Notes: a model not told the origin generated them from the sequence alone. Numbered from the stretch's first letter, positions 41,177 through 50,655 are shown. The stretch: 64,000 nt of DNA from Rubripirellula sp. (GCA_965216875.1 OZ244207.1:3488001-3552000); one strand, 5' to 3'. Numbers and translations: made by a program.

Positions 41177-41734
41177 CTATTCGTTCGGCCCAAACAGGTC
41201 TGCAGATCGTATGATCCAACGGTCGCCCTCAAGGCGTGCAATGTAGCAATGCAAGCCAGATGCACACCAATCCGAGCACCGATCCCCAGCAATCAATTGA
41301 ACCGTTCGCTTATCAATCTGTACCATCGCATGAATGCGCGGATCAATCGAAGCCTTGGCAACAATCGCTGCGACGAGTTGTTTCTTGGTCAAATCGCCAA
41401 CCTCCGGAAACTCCTGTGTTTTGAGTTTCCGGTATGCGGCGGTCCGTTCGCTATCGCTCAGACCGACATGCGGACGCGTCATTCGTGCCCGAATACCCGC
41501 AATTGCTTCACGCAACGTTTTTGCAATCGCGGAGTATTCTTCGGGCGTCGCGGCCCCGAAGTCTATGTGCGCGAATGGCGATTCATCACCTCGGTTTTTG
41601 TCGGGCACACTTTCCAGCCAGAGCTGATGATGCACACGGAGTAACTTAGCGACGACCTCATGGGATTCGCCACGTGCGGCCATGCAAAGTGAGACGAAGA
41701 CGATGAGCAGAAGTGCGTATCTCAAGGAATTCAT
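41177..41734 (-). CDS. Cassette gene: secreted hypothetical protein
   Basis: Signal peptide MNSLRYALLL; ATG next to the core site. Confidence 0.7.
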   Translation of the reverse strand: MNSLRYALLLIVFVSLCMAARGESHEVVAKLLRVHHQLWLESVPDKNRGDESPFAHIDFGAATPEEYSAIAKTLREAIAGIRARMTRPHVGLSDSERTAAYRKLKTQEFPEVGDLTKKQLVAAIVAKASIDPRIHAMVQIDKRTVQLIAGDRCSDWCASGLHCYIARLEGDRWIIRSADLFGPNE

Positions 41735-41736
41735 AG

Positions 41737-41825
41737 CGATAACGGAGGTCGTAAGCGAGGACCGCCAATGTGGCTTCCAGATATAAACGCGACATGCGGC
41801 CCTTCGATTCACAACCTAGTTATGC
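41737..41825 (-). repeat. attC
   Basis: GATAAC...GTAAGCGAGGACCGC...GCGGCCCTTCGATTCAC...GTTATGC, 89 bp. Confidence 0.8.
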
Positions 41826-42293
41826 CAAGATCGCGTCTCGTATCCTGGCAAGCCACGGTGATGGCGACGAACCTGCATTCCCCATTTGTGCGATGCATCG
41901 AATACCTTGCGCTTCGCACTCCAATTCGCGAATGAGCCGAATCAGACCGCTTGATCCGTCGGCACCCGATACTGCAAACACGTAATACGCGTGTTCGATC
42001 GCCCAGCGGACATTATCCCTGTTCGATCTTACGAGTTGTCTCCAAGCGTGGGAAGAGAAATTCGAGCAACCCAAGATTTCGATGAATACGTGCGCTAGTT
42101 GTTGCGATTCCGTTTTGCGAGGAATTAGGTCGCCAACACGGATCATGATCTCGCAGTCGCGACCCGTGAACTCAGATTCAGGAACGGTCGAAATGGCGAC
42201 AAGCGTGTCCAACGACCTCAAGCGGCCGTACGTTATTCGATAGCCTATCTGCACGCTTCGTAACGTAGTCAATGAATGAGGATCTCGATTCAA
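41820..42293 (-). CDS. Cassette gene: hypothetical protein
   Basis: 157 aa; TAA stop inside the attC core. Confidence 0.6.
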   Translation of the reverse strand: MNRDPHSLTTLRSVQIGYRITYGRLRSLDTLVAISTVPESEFTGRDCEIMIRVGDLIPRKTESQQLAHVFIEILGCSNFSSHAWRQLVRSNRDNVRWAIEHAYYVFAVSGADGSSGLIRLIRELECEAQGIRCIAQMGNAGSSPSPWLARIRDAILA

Positions 42294-42311
42294 TCAAAGT
42301 GAGCATCCACT

Positions 42312-42418
42312 AGTTAACCGACATCTTCGTCACCGATCCCCCGGCGGCAGCGAACGCCTCAGAAACGAAAACCAAAAAACCTGCACTCTGCCACTCCGTG
42401 TGCATCGGCTGGCTATGG
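42312..42418 (-). repeat. attC (degenerate)
   Basis: CCACTCCGTGTGCATCGGCTGGCTATGG arm. Confidence 0.55.
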
Positions 42419-43105
42419 AAGCCCTGATTTGAGACGGAAGGTTCGTGTATCCCCAGATTGATTCGACTGCCATACCGTTTCCGAATCAATATCCATGCAA
42501 GTCAACCATCGTCCCTTGCACACGCCGGTATCAACGCAGATCGCGTGTCCGTTGGTAGCAGGAAGGCCTGAATCCTGTGACTTGTGACCGCAGATGACAA
42601 TCTTCCCGGAAACATGGCCCGGGAACCCGTTCCAGTAATTCCCCCAATACAACGATGAGTCCGGTTGGGCCGACATCGGCTGTGCATGCGACACAATCCC
42701 ATGAACGAAAATGTGGGTATCGGTCTCGAAGTAGGGCAACAGACGTTTGGAAAGAAACTGCCAATGCTCTGGAGTCACATCGTCAAGCGAGCCAATTCCA
42801 TCGGCATCATCTGTGTATGAAGCCAGTGTTTCGGCCCCCCCAAATTTGTACCATCGTTGCAATTCAGTAACTGACGTTCGTGCATTCAGCATCATCACTT
42901 CGTGGTTACCGCGCAAAGGTGTCAGTCGGCATCGTTGTGACTGATCGATCAACCATTGGATGACCCGCTCGGAATCCGGTCCACGATCAACGTAGTCACC
43001 CAACATCACCAGATGGTCATCAGACGAAACCTCAACAAATGCCACCAAATCAAGCAGCGATTGATAACATCCGTGAACATCTCCGATTGCCAGAATCCGT
43101 CCCAC
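42413..43105 (-). CDS. Cassette gene: metallophosphoesterase (PphA-like Ser/Thr phosphatase)
   Basis: GDVHG, LGDYVDRG, LRGNHE, FVHG, ICGH, VDTG. Confidence 0.92.
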   Translation of the reverse strand: MGRILAIGDVHGCYQSLLDLVAFVEVSSDDHLVMLGDYVDRGPDSERVIQWLIDQSQRCRLTPLRGNHEVMMLNARTSVTELQRWYKFGGAETLASYTDDADGIGSLDDVTPEHWQFLSKRLLPYFETDTHIFVHGIVSHAQPMSAQPDSSLYWGNYWNGFPGHVSGKIVICGHKSQDSGLPATNGHAICVDTGVCKGRWLTCMDIDSETVWQSNQSGDTRTFRLKSGLP

Positions 43106-43116
43106 TTCAATTCATT

Positions 43117-43188
43117 CCCTAACGGTAGCAGTCACCAATCTCAGCAAAACGCCCGGCTGCGCGCCCCTGGTGCACTTTCTCGTTATGT
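43117..43188 (-). repeat. attC (short, 72 bp)
   Basis: CCCTAAC..AGTCACCA...TGGTGCACT..GTTATGT. Confidence 0.8.
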
Positions 43189-43656
43189 GCTGCTTGGTAG
43201 CCTCCGCTCCGTCGCGCACAACTGCGTGTAGTCACCGAACGTTGGAATGTCGGTCCAATTCTCTGCAACGGATGCCACGGTCTCTTTTTCAATCGCTTTG
43301 CCCGCTCCTTCCTCCACCATCAGAATCTCACCATTGGTCGAGAATGAGAAGGTAACAGATTTCGCAATTCGCGAAGTACATTTTTTGTAAACACGATGTA
43401 TCGCCATTGACAGAAAAATTCGGTCATCCAGGACCTTAAAGTCGTAGTTCAAATACGGCCTTGATTCCTTGTCAAAAAAGTCAACGCTGAACCAACCCTG
43501 GGCAACACTCACAACATGGGTTGGGGAGTCAAGTCCGCCGATTACTGCTGAATAGGGAAGACCTTCTATATGGCGATCATTCGCCTCTTGCGTCGCCAGC
43601 GGCTTGATCGGTTGATTCCGTGCAAAGAACCATTTTTCGCTGTAGGCGAGATTCAT
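43183..43656 (-). CDS. Cassette gene: hypothetical protein (immunity-like)
   Basis: Aromatic-rich beta protein: KWF...A..RH..G.PY; NW..IPTFGDY. Confidence 0.7.
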   Translation of the reverse strand: MNLAYSEKWFFARNQPIKPLATQEANDRHIEGLPYSAVIGGLDSPTHVVSVAQGWFSVDFFDKESRPYLNYDFKVLDDRIFLSMAIHRVYKKCTSRIAKSVTFSFSTNGEILMVEEGAGKAIEKETVASVAENWTDIPTFGDYTQLCATERRLPSST

Positions 43657-43681
43657 ACAGGCAATCCCTCACTGCCACGCA

Positions 43682-43770
43682 CAGAACTCGCAAAATCACC
43701 GGGTCCGAGCGGAACGGCAACCACTGCCCGACGGACACGCAAGGACTCCGGTGGATATCTTGCTTGTGCC
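43682..43770 (-). repeat. attC
   Basis: GAAC..AATCACCGGGTCCGAGCGGAA.GGCAACCA..GACTCCGGTG; sister of the site at 49249. Confidence 0.75.
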
Positions 43771-43780
43771 ATCGTTGGTA

Positions 43781-44233
43781 CTAGTCATACGAAGCGCCGT
43801 AATCTCGATCGGGCGCGATTGCATCTAATAGCGGCACATCCGGTGGCAACGTTTGCGGGGCGCTCGGAAATGCGGTCTTGATCGCAGAAATCACCGCCCT
43901 CTCGGCGCGCGATTGCTTGTCGGAGCCGTCGAGACAAGAATGCACCGCGTTGACGAGGTGGTCAACGGTCATGTGCTCCCAAGGACATGAGTCCAGTGTC
44001 ACCGATTCGGGTATTTCAATGCCGAGGTCATCCTCGATCTGCATCATGATTTCGACAGCATTGAAGTATGTCGCGGTCTGGTCGCAGTTCGCCCTCATCG
44101 CAATTCCGATGTCGCGAAGAGACGCTTGGCACTCGGGACAAGTCGCCTCCAACCGAAGAAATGACCGCACAGGCACGGCGGTTGTTGCGCCACACGCGTC
44201 GCAACAGATATGGAGTGGGTCCTGATATCGCAT
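43781..44233 (-). CDS. Cassette gene: zinc ribbon plus acyl-carrier-like domain
   Basis: CDAC/CPEC; AVEIMMQIEDDLGIEIPE. Confidence 0.65.
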   Translation of the reverse strand: MRYQDPLHICCDACGATTAVPVRSFLRLEATCPECQASLRDIGIAMRANCDQTATYFNAVEIMMQIEDDLGIEIPESVTLDSCPWEHMTVDHLVNAVHSCLDGSDKQSRAERAVISAIKTAFPSAPQTLPPDVPLLDAIAPDRDYGASYD

Positions 44234-44242
44234 CAGTCTATG

Positions 44243-44409
44243 GTGTAACGTCCGAAATCACGGGGATCGCTCCGGAGACGACTCATTTGCAAGCGCGCCA
44301 TGGCGATCTCGCGCATTTCGACGAACATTGCGAATCACATGGCGGCTACGGGCACGGTGAATTCAAAACAGCCCCAAGTTCGCCGCTCATGTGCATTCGA
44401 TGGTTATCC
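44243..44409 (-). repeat. Two adjacent attC (truncated 44243-44320 plus intact 44320-44409)
   Basis: GAACATTGCGAATCACATGGCGG...CCGCTCATGTGCATTCGATGGTTATCC. Confidence 0.85.
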
Positions 44410-44435
44410 GCCGGGCCAAAGCATTTCGGCCGCAT

Positions 44436-44798
44436 TCAGATCCACTGGATGTTGTCAGGGAGTGTATCGTTGTTTGCAATTGAGATGAACGCAGCAAGTG
44501 CGTCGTCATAGGCAATGCACTTCTGTAGATAAAATGCGTCCAATTGTCCATTTTCAAGTCGGATGAGCGTTGTTTCATCATCCGGTGCATTCGGGTTGAA
44601 TGGTTCGGCACCATCCGAACAGCGAAAAACGGTTGCGTGCTCTCCGTTGTAAAGGAAACCCGCGATTGCTTCGTCTTCATGGTGTAGCCAATACGCGGCA
44701 TCCCCAGTCGTTGCAAGCAGTTCCTCAACGATCGCCCCCAGCTTAGAGATGTCGGGTACGGGATATGCCCCAGACTCACATACGATCTGATGTGCCAT
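44436..44798 (-). CDS. Cassette gene: Imm1-like immunity protein
   Basis: LENGQLD.F....CI..DDALAAF......LPDNIQW pattern. Confidence 0.6.
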   Translation of the reverse strand: MAHQIVCESGAYPVPDISKLGAIVEELLATTGDAAYWLHHEDEAIAGFLYNGEHATVFRCSDGAEPFNPNAPDDETTLIRLENGQLDAFYLQKCIAYDDALAAFISIANNDTLPDNIQWI

Positions 44799-45004
44799 GA
44801 GTATCTTGCGAGAGGTTTCTCATTTGGAGAGCGGCAGACACCAAGGGGCACGGAGAGTCGACTATCCACTGCGAGATCGCCGCAAGCCGTGCTCCCGAGC
44901 ATGTCAACATTCCCCGTCCTTTTGATGCACTGGAGAACGCCAGTCAACAAGAACCAGCTGCCCCGCAAATTGTAGCAAATGATCAGCGAGATATAGGCAA
45001 TCGT

Positions 45005-45337
45005 TCAAACCGAAGCACGATGTCTGCGACGGGCGCGACGGATGAGGTCCCCGAACATCAGAATATTTGGCGTGACAAAGTAAGTAATGAATGGCCAAAT
45101 TGGCCCACTGAATCCTAAGAACTCAGTTTCGTAAACGATTGGACCGTCGGTGAAGAACTCGGATTCACGCCGTAGTTCAAGCTGCAATGAGACGTACGCG
45201 AAACCGATCGCTGAAGCAGGAACCGCAATCAGGATGCCGTTGAGAATCACGATTGGCCGAATCCACCGTCCACGACGGAGGGAATCAGCGGAAGTTGTCG
45301 TGGCTGGTTCGTACGGATTAGGGTTTGCAGCTGGCAA
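45005..45337 (-). CDS. Cassette gene: membrane protein
   Basis: N-terminal NPYEP motif, 2 TM segments; start uncertain. Confidence 0.55.
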   Translation of the reverse strand: MPAANPNPYEPATTTSADSLRRGRWIRPIVILNGILIAVPASAIGFAYVSLQLELRRESEFFTDGPIVYETEFLGFSGPIWPFITYFVTPNILMFGDLIRRARRRHRASV

Positions 45338-45369
45338 GTTCGTCAGTCGTTGCAGCAAGTAGTTTTGTC

Positions 45370-45459
45370 GGATAACGCCACGGATCAGCGGGGACCGGGG
45401 ATTGAGGATCCATCGGTGAAAACGGACCACCGGCCCAACGTTGCATCCGATCGTCGCAG
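45370..45459 (-). repeat. attC
   Basis: GGATAAC GCCACG GATCAGCG...CGTTGCATC CGATC; sister of the site at 52857. Confidence 0.8.
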
Positions 45460-45472
45460 GCATGATGACGTG

Positions 45473-45901
45473 TCAAAGTGCGTCCCGAAGCAGCATGAGT
45501 TTCTTGTCGATGTTCTCGTCGAACCAAGCTCCGTCATCGGCATGAATTGTACCAAAGTGAGTCGCACTCTCTCCGGTCGTGTCGAATAGCCAACCACCGG
45601 CATAGAGCAGTTGGTGTAGTTCAACGCCCTCCGACATGAGTGTGACTGCTTCGGCCTGTGCCGGCATGGTCGCTGTATAAGGAGCCCATCTTGCGTTGCG
45701 GCAAGTCTCGATGAAGCGTTTGACATCCCGGCGTTTGTCGAGTGTCAGTTCATCAATTTGTATCGTGTCGATGGTGTCCAACTCCGCGAGAAACCTCGGT
45801 TGCGAAGTTGAGCCGATGGCAGATTTAGACATTGTACTCGTCGAGATGCAACCACCAACCAATGGCACGAAGCAGACAAGTATGAATCGAAGACGTGACA
45901 T
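45473..45901 (-). CDS. Cassette gene: lipoprotein
   Basis: Lipobox LVGGC; GAGGGA RBS. Confidence 0.7.
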   Translation of the reverse strand: MSRLRFILVCFVPLVGGCISTSTMSKSAIGSTSQPRFLAELDTIDTIQIDELTLDKRRDVKRFIETCRNARWAPYTATMPAQAEAVTLMSEGVELHQLLYAGGWLFDTTGESATHFGTIHADDGAWFDENIDKKLMLLRDAL

Positions 45902-45911
45902 TCCCTCGTCC

Positions 45912-46002
45912 ATCCAACGCGACGGATCACGCGGTCGCCGCGAGCGATCCTCAACTTCAAAAACCACGACTCGGCGACTCGTCGTGCATCCGATGATTAT
46001 TC
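45912..46002 (-). repeat. attC
   Basis: AAC..GGATCACG.GGTCGCCG...CGGCGACT..CGTGCATCC..ATTAT. Confidence 0.82.
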
Positions 46003-46419
46003 TCCCTCGTCAGCAAAAAAGTGTGCCATTTGCGATTCGTCCCATTCGTGGGTTGTTGATGCGTCGGCGGGTGGCGGGAAGCCAGTGCGACAGCAACCCA
46101 CGCTGTCAGCGAAATTGTAAACCGCATGGGGGTAGGAATTGATAAAGAGCGCAGCCTTCATTCCATCACCGGACCAAATGATATGCATCTCTGAAGGCTT
46201 GTCTCGATCGGCGACAGATTGAACGTTGTAAATGTGAAGTGCATCAACGATGGGATTGTCTACCTTCTCCCTATCGAGAGCGTAGAAGTACCCGGTCTCG
46301 CCATCGTCTTCGAAAACGGCTTGATACCGTCCGATTGAAGAATCCGATTGCACGACGCTCTCGACGCCGACAGAGAGCGTTTCATTGGTTACGACACTGG
46401 CGGCGAGTCGAGGTGGCAT
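45997..46419 (-). CDS. Cassette gene: DUF2251-like protein
   Basis: VFEDDGETGYFYALD, IVDALHIYNV, WSGDG.KA.L.IN.YPHA, CRTGFP. Confidence 0.8.
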   Translation of the reverse strand: MPPRLAASVVTNETLSVGVESVVQSDSSIGRYQAVFEDDGETGYFYALDREKVDNPIVDALHIYNVQSVADRDKPSEMHIIWSGDGMKAALFINSYPHAVYNFADSVGCCRTGFPPPADASTTHEWDESQMAHFFADEGE

Positions 46420-46489
46420 ATCATTTATCCGCGAAGGTTGAGTGTGTGATGAAGGCGACGGGACATTGGCTAAATCCGGTAGAAACCAT

Positions 46490-46563
46490 GCGGAACGGGC
46501 GAATGACCTGCAAGCAGAGCAATAACCCTCACTCCCGTCCTCGTGTGGAATTCATTGTTCTGT
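46490..46563 (-). repeat. attC (degenerate)
   Basis: GAACGGGCGAATGAC...GTGGAATTCATTGTTCTG. Confidence 0.55.
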
Positions 46564-46937
46564 GCGGTTTGTTCGTTTGGTTCCTGGAGCGAAACAAAGC
46601 TGCGATCCGTGAAACCAATGACGGTCTCCGAGGCCACAATGAGCGAAACGCCAGGCGGTCGGTCTTGCGATCACAGAAGTCTTCGAATCTACCAATCTTA
46701 TTGATCACGTCCATGAGCTCGAAAATTTCAGTGTGCGTTCGGCCAAAGCAACACGTCAAAGAATGTGGCTGCGTGGCGAGCATCCGCGTATAGAGCAACG
46801 GAGGCAAATACGGTTGCCACCAGATCACATCCCCGGTGGTCGTGAACGAACCTTGCCACAAGGCGATCCGCCACATCGTTGTCGGATCGGGAATCCGGTT
46901 CGATCAATTCGTAGATTCGTTCGATCAGACAAGTCAT
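46529..46937 (-). pseudogene. Probable frameshifted cassette gene
   Basis: Overlapping ORFs 46728-46937 and 46529-46876 fill one cassette slot. Confidence 0.45.
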
Positions 46938-46967
46938 CGGTCAAACAAAAGGCAAGGGATTCCTAAC

Positions 46968-47151
46968 CCACAACGGTACAGTCCGCGAGTTTCCACTTTC
47001 CATTGTAGAACACCCGGCTATCGCGACTTGGGTGCACCGCGTGGTTCGCGGATTAACAATTCGCTCGTGCAGCGGATAGGAAACGATCCAGCGATCATCC
47101 ATTTCAAAATCACGCACAAGACGGACTTCGCATGCATCGCATTGGTTATCC
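46968..47151 (-). repeat. Two tandem attC with no gene between
   Basis: CGCGACTTGGGTGCACCGCGTGGTTCG (ends ~47049) and CTTCGCATGCATCGCATTGGTTATCC (ends 47151). Confidence 0.7.
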
Positions 47152-47793
47152 CGCGTTCGCAAAAAGTTCGTTCACAACGGAGAGCTGTTTGGGTTGAGGA
47201 GCGAGCTGACGATTCCCATCAAAAAAGGGTTCCAATATCCAATGCTCAGGTCCAATGTATCCAATTTGAGACCAAGCCTCAAAAAAACTATTCAATGGCA
47301 TGTTGAACGTGAACGAATCCGCGTCGTGCGATAGGTAATTCACCGAGGCAGTCTCTAAGTCCAGCCCAAGATAGTCACCATTGCGAAGCGCCATGAATGG
47401 AAGGGTGTTAAGCCAAAACGCCTGATCTTGCCGAAATTCATCATCATTGAGCCATGATGATACCGCGAAGTTTCGGCATTGCTTCAAGTTACCTGTTAGT
47501 AAATCGACATCAATCACGACACCGCCATGAATAAAGTCTCCGAGTCCGATTTGGCCCGCAACTTCAACCAATGGTTCTGGCAGTTCCCATCCGTAGTTGA
47601 AGGAAAGTGCGGCAGTCTTTGTGAGAAGTTCTTTTAAGCCCGTCGGAATTTCAAAACCTAGATCAGTTTCAACTGAGGCTAGGCGTTCCATGGTAGCAGC
47701 AGGGGATTGGCGGAGTGCGAGAGAGTCAAACTCGCCGGGAAGTTCGCCAAGTTTGCCGTGGAATGCTTCGATGTTGTCGGGGATTGGTTTCAT
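47146..47793 (-). CDS. Cassette gene: SMI1/KNR4 (SUKH) family protein
   Basis: PAAT.E.L..VE..LGFEIP..LKE; F....NGDYLGLD; V.YLSHD. Confidence 0.85.
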   Translation of the reverse strand: MKPIPDNIEAFHGKLGELPGEFDSLALRQSPAATMERLASVETDLGFEIPTGLKELLTKTAALSFNYGWELPEPLVEVAGQIGLGDFIHGGVVIDVDLLTGNLKQCRNFAVSSWLNDDEFRQDQAFWLNTLPFMALRNGDYLGLDLETASVNYLSHDADSFTFNMPLNSFFEAWSQIGYIGPEHWILEPFFDGNRQLAPQPKQLSVVNELFANAG

Positions 47794-47798
47794 GAGCG

Positions 47799-47887
47799 GG
47801 ATAACGGCGGCGTTGACCGGGCGACGCCATGGTGGTGTCCATTTCAATCCGTCTCATGCATCGCTCCGGTCCAACACATGGTTCCCT
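47799..47887 (-). repeat. attC
   Basis: GGATAAC..GTTGACCGGGCGA...TCGCTCCGGTCCAAC..GTTCCCT, 89 bp. Confidence 0.88.
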
Positions 47888-48082
47888 GCTACATCGACCG
47901 TGCCAGCATCGCTCAGATAGTAAATCGGGTGACAAGCTTGCGGTGTAATCCGTAGATGAGCTCATGAAGCACAAGGGGCGATTACATAGCGCAAAGATCC
48001 TCAGCACACAGTCAACAAGGAAACGCCAATAACTCGGGGAACGGAGGACATCACGGGGGACGATGAGTTTGGCCTTCATTCT

Positions 48083-48126
48083 AGCAAACGCCGGGAGGCC
48101 TCCTCCCGCGCATGTCATGGTTCAGC
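48083..48126 (-). repeat. Internally deleted mini-attC
   Basis: AAACGCCGGGAGGCCTCCTCCCGCGCATGTCATGGTTCAG, about 44 bp. Confidence 0.55.
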
Positions 48127-48792
48127 CTCGGTGTTAACGATTGCATTCAGTTTGCCTTGATACTCTGCGGCCAGAGCATCATCCCCCTTTTTGTTGGCAA
48201 TCAGGATGCCCGCCTCGTATGCGCTGGGATCGTTGGGAAATCCGGTGAGTAGTTTCTGCACGTCCGACTCTGCGTCCGCAATTCTGTCCAGTTTCACCAT
48301 CGCCTCCACGCGAAATCGCAGATTCTGTGCATGAACAGAAGTGTCCGCACAAGCGTCATTTGCCGCATCGAGATACGGGATCGCGTCCTGGTACTTTTTC
48401 AAGAGCACAGCATCTCGGCCCAATGCATGGTTCGCACCACAGTGTTTTGGATCAACCGCTAAGGCTTCACGATAGTGGACGTCCGCCTGTTCCAATTCTC
48501 GCTGTTTCCAGTAGCAATCGCCCAAAGAAGCGTAATTGGTCGCCGTTGGAGATCGATCAACCAACTGCTGAAACAGTTTTACTGCTTCGTCATACTGCTC
48601 GGCGTCGAGACGCTCCTCAGCCAATTCAAGTAGTTGGCCCGCGCTAAGTTCAGCGACAACATCGAGAGACGCAGTTTCTCCCGGTGCAACGCCGTTGGCA
48701 GTACGACTTGAATCGCCACTACAGCCACAGCAGAGGGATAGGGTGGCGATCAAACAGACTTCGGATATGCGTGTGCGTCGAGCAGGATGCAT
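48115..48792 (-). CDS. Cassette gene: TPR lipoprotein
   Basis: Lipobox CCGC; multiple TPR repeats. Confidence 0.85.
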   Translation of the reverse strand: MHPARRTRISEVCLIATLSLCCGCSGDSSRTANGVAPGETASLDVVAELSAGQLLELAEERLDAEQYDEAVKLFQQLVDRSPTATNYASLGDCYWKQRELEQADVHYREALAVDPKHCGANHALGRDAVLLKKYQDAIPYLDAANDACADTSVHAQNLRFRVEAMVKLDRIADAESDVQKLLTGFPNDPSAYEAGILIANKKGDDALAAEYQGKLNAIVNTEAEP

Positions 48793-48827
48793 GATGCTGT
48801 CCTAAAAGTGTTGACAAAGTTTCTTTG

Positions 48828-48918
48828 GCCGAACGACCCGAGTCACCGGGCCCCGTAAGGTGAGCATCCATTCGTGAAAACGATCCCACGGGCCTCCGTG
48901 TACACGCGATGGTTATGC
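48828..48918 (-). repeat. attC
   Basis: GCCGAAC..GTCACCGGGCCCCGT..CATCCATT..ACGGGCCTCCGTG..GTTATGC; sister of the site at 51036. Confidence 0.85.
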
Positions 48919-48926
48919 CTCAGTCT

Positions 48927-49184
48927 TCATCCTTGCGTTGTCAGGTAACAGTGCGACAAATTCGCCCCAGTTCTTACACAACACGTTCGCGTGATCGCTA
49001 ACGTAGGGAAACGCAGATGCCCATATCGCGCCCGATTCAACCGTTTCGCTTCGGTGAGAAACACACCACAGGAGTCGATGATCGTTTTAATGGCGGCCAA
49101 ACGCTCTCCAGCAATGATGAGAGCGTCTATCTCATCTCGCTGCGATTGCATGAGCGCATCAAATTCAGGTGTCGTGCTTGACAT
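48927..49184 (-). CDS. Cassette gene: small hypothetical protein (possibly truncated)
   Basis: EIDALIIAGERLAAIKTI....GV.LTEAK, resembling ribosomal L7/L12 C-terminal-like helices. Confidence 0.5.
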   Translation of the reverse strand: MSSTTPEFDALMQSQRDEIDALIIAGERLAAIKTIIDSCGVFLTEAKRLNRARYGHLRFPTLAITRTCCVRTGANLSHCYLTTQG

Positions 49185-49248
49185 AGCGTGATCGAGTTAT
49201 AACCCATTCGAGAATCTCGAAAGGCGAGTTAATAGGATCGTAGTAGTC

Positions 49249-49442
49249 GCAGAACGGCAATGTTTACCGGGTCCGAGCGGAAAGGCAACCATTACCCAAC
49301 AGCAACTCGAGACTCCGGTACGTCACATGGTCATACCGCCATTCAGTGGTGGGATAACCTTCCGCATCAGCGGGCGGCGGGAGTCGAGTCACCGTTTATT
49401 CAAACGTCTCCACTGCCATTCCGTTGCATGCGATGGTCCGCC
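49249..49442 (-). repeat. Two tandem attC (49249-49336 and 49352-49442)
   Basis: Both have AAC...GT(T/C) ends and L boxes; only about 15 bp apart. Confidence 0.8.
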
Positions 49443-49850
49443 GCGATTTCTGCGTCTAGGGTTGCATTCGGTTCAACACCGGCTGACCGAAGCCCTGACT
49501 TCCATGCAGCGTGCACCAAGTAGAGCATTGCGATTTGCGGGGCCCAGCAACAGGCAGTCCCAGGCACAACAGCGAACGCTGACCTTGGAGAGTCGAAAAT
49601 AGCCGAAACTGAATACGCGATGCATATCATGCCGGCCAAAACAACAACAGCTATGCGGTATCGGATTAGACGCGTGCGGCCGTAACGAGAAAGCCCGAAA
49701 GCAATCGCAGGTCCGAAAAAATAGGTGAATGCAAGTGTTATTAAAGTCCCGGGCAATCCAAGCATTCGGGCAAACGCGAGAACGCATGCCAGAACCGTAG
49801 TGGCAACGATCAGGTGCCAAATACGGAATTGGGTCGGTTCAAGGCGTACG
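49400..49850 (-). CDS. Cassette gene: membrane protein
   Basis: Frame is open upstream of the listed ATG (QFRIWHLIVATTVLAC...); 4 TM segments; start uncertain. Confidence 0.6.
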
Positions 49851-49870
49851 TTCAGTTGGCTACTCCAGTC

Positions 49871-49962
49871 GGCGAACGACCGCGATAACCGAGTCGCGGG
49901 AGTTGATTGTCCATTGCGAAGTCGCCCGACTACCGCGACTTCGGTTCATCGCTTGGTTCGCC
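49871..49962 (-). repeat. attC
   Basis: GGCGAAC..GATAACCGAGTCGCGG...CCGCGACTTCGGTTCATC..GTTCGCC, 92 bp. Confidence 0.92.
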
Positions 49963-50496
49963 GCGATTTTCAAAATAGGTGCGAGTGACGTAGTCCGATT
50001 CTCGATAGTCAACATGGCACTCGATGCACGATCCGATTTTACCAGACGCGAATACCCGCCTCGATGTGCCATCGACAATCGAGTATTCCCAGTCGCCATG
50101 CTCGCGATCGTATCCAGTCGGCATTTTTCGCATCACGGTATAAATTTCAATCTTTGGTTTGTCCTTGTCAGGTAGCTTTGCTTTTACGATTAGCGAGTCG
50201 ACAGGATATACGCCACTTCCACTGATCATTGTTTTCTTTGCAGTTTCGTTGACGTAGACGTTGCAATATGCGGTCCGGATGAAACCTTCGTGCAAATTGT
50301 GAGGAAGTTCGATTGGCGGGCGGCAAAGAGCGGCCGTTGAATCAAACATTGGATGCGGCTCTTCGGTGACAAGGTGCAACGATTTCAGATTCGTAATGAC
50401 TGAAACGAGTGCAGAATCATGGGTGCTGTTCTCTGCGGCCAATGCATGGATCGCTGCGATGAAAAGCAAACCAGTAAAGATGAGTAGGTATCTCAT
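49930..50496 (-). CDS. Cassette gene: cytochrome P460-family c-type cytochrome
   Basis: Signal peptide; YPVDSLIVK, VMRK...GDWEY, C-terminal CIECH. Confidence 0.78.
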   Translation of the reverse strand: MRYLLIFTGLLFIAAIHALAAENSTHDSALVSVITNLKSLHLVTEEPHPMFDSTAALCRPPIELPHNLHEGFIRTAYCNVYVNETAKKTMISGSGVYPVDSLIVKAKLPDKDKPKIEIYTVMRKMPTGYDREHGDWEYSIVDGTSRRVFASGKIGSCIECHVDYRESDYVTRTYFENRGEPSDEPKSR

Positions 50497-50512
50497 TGGA
50501 TCTTTCCCCGTC

Positions 50513-50602
50513 GGCGAACGACTGGGATAACCGGGCCGCCGAGGTTGATGCTCCATTTGAAAACGCGATGTCGGCGGCTACGTGTGCATGCCTTGGTTAT
50601 CT
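50513..50602 (-). repeat. attC
   Basis: GGCGAAC...GCCGCCGA...TCGGCGGC...GTTATCT, 90 bp. Confidence 0.85.
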
Positions 50603-50655
50603 GGCCTCAGTGCGATCGAAACGAACTGAAGCCGACGTCCAAGCTGGGCAACCAA

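Noticed and set aside
47726..48118. 130 aa ORF in a cassette slot
   Set aside because: It runs through a whole attC into the next gene; probably a decayed cassette, so not called as a CDS
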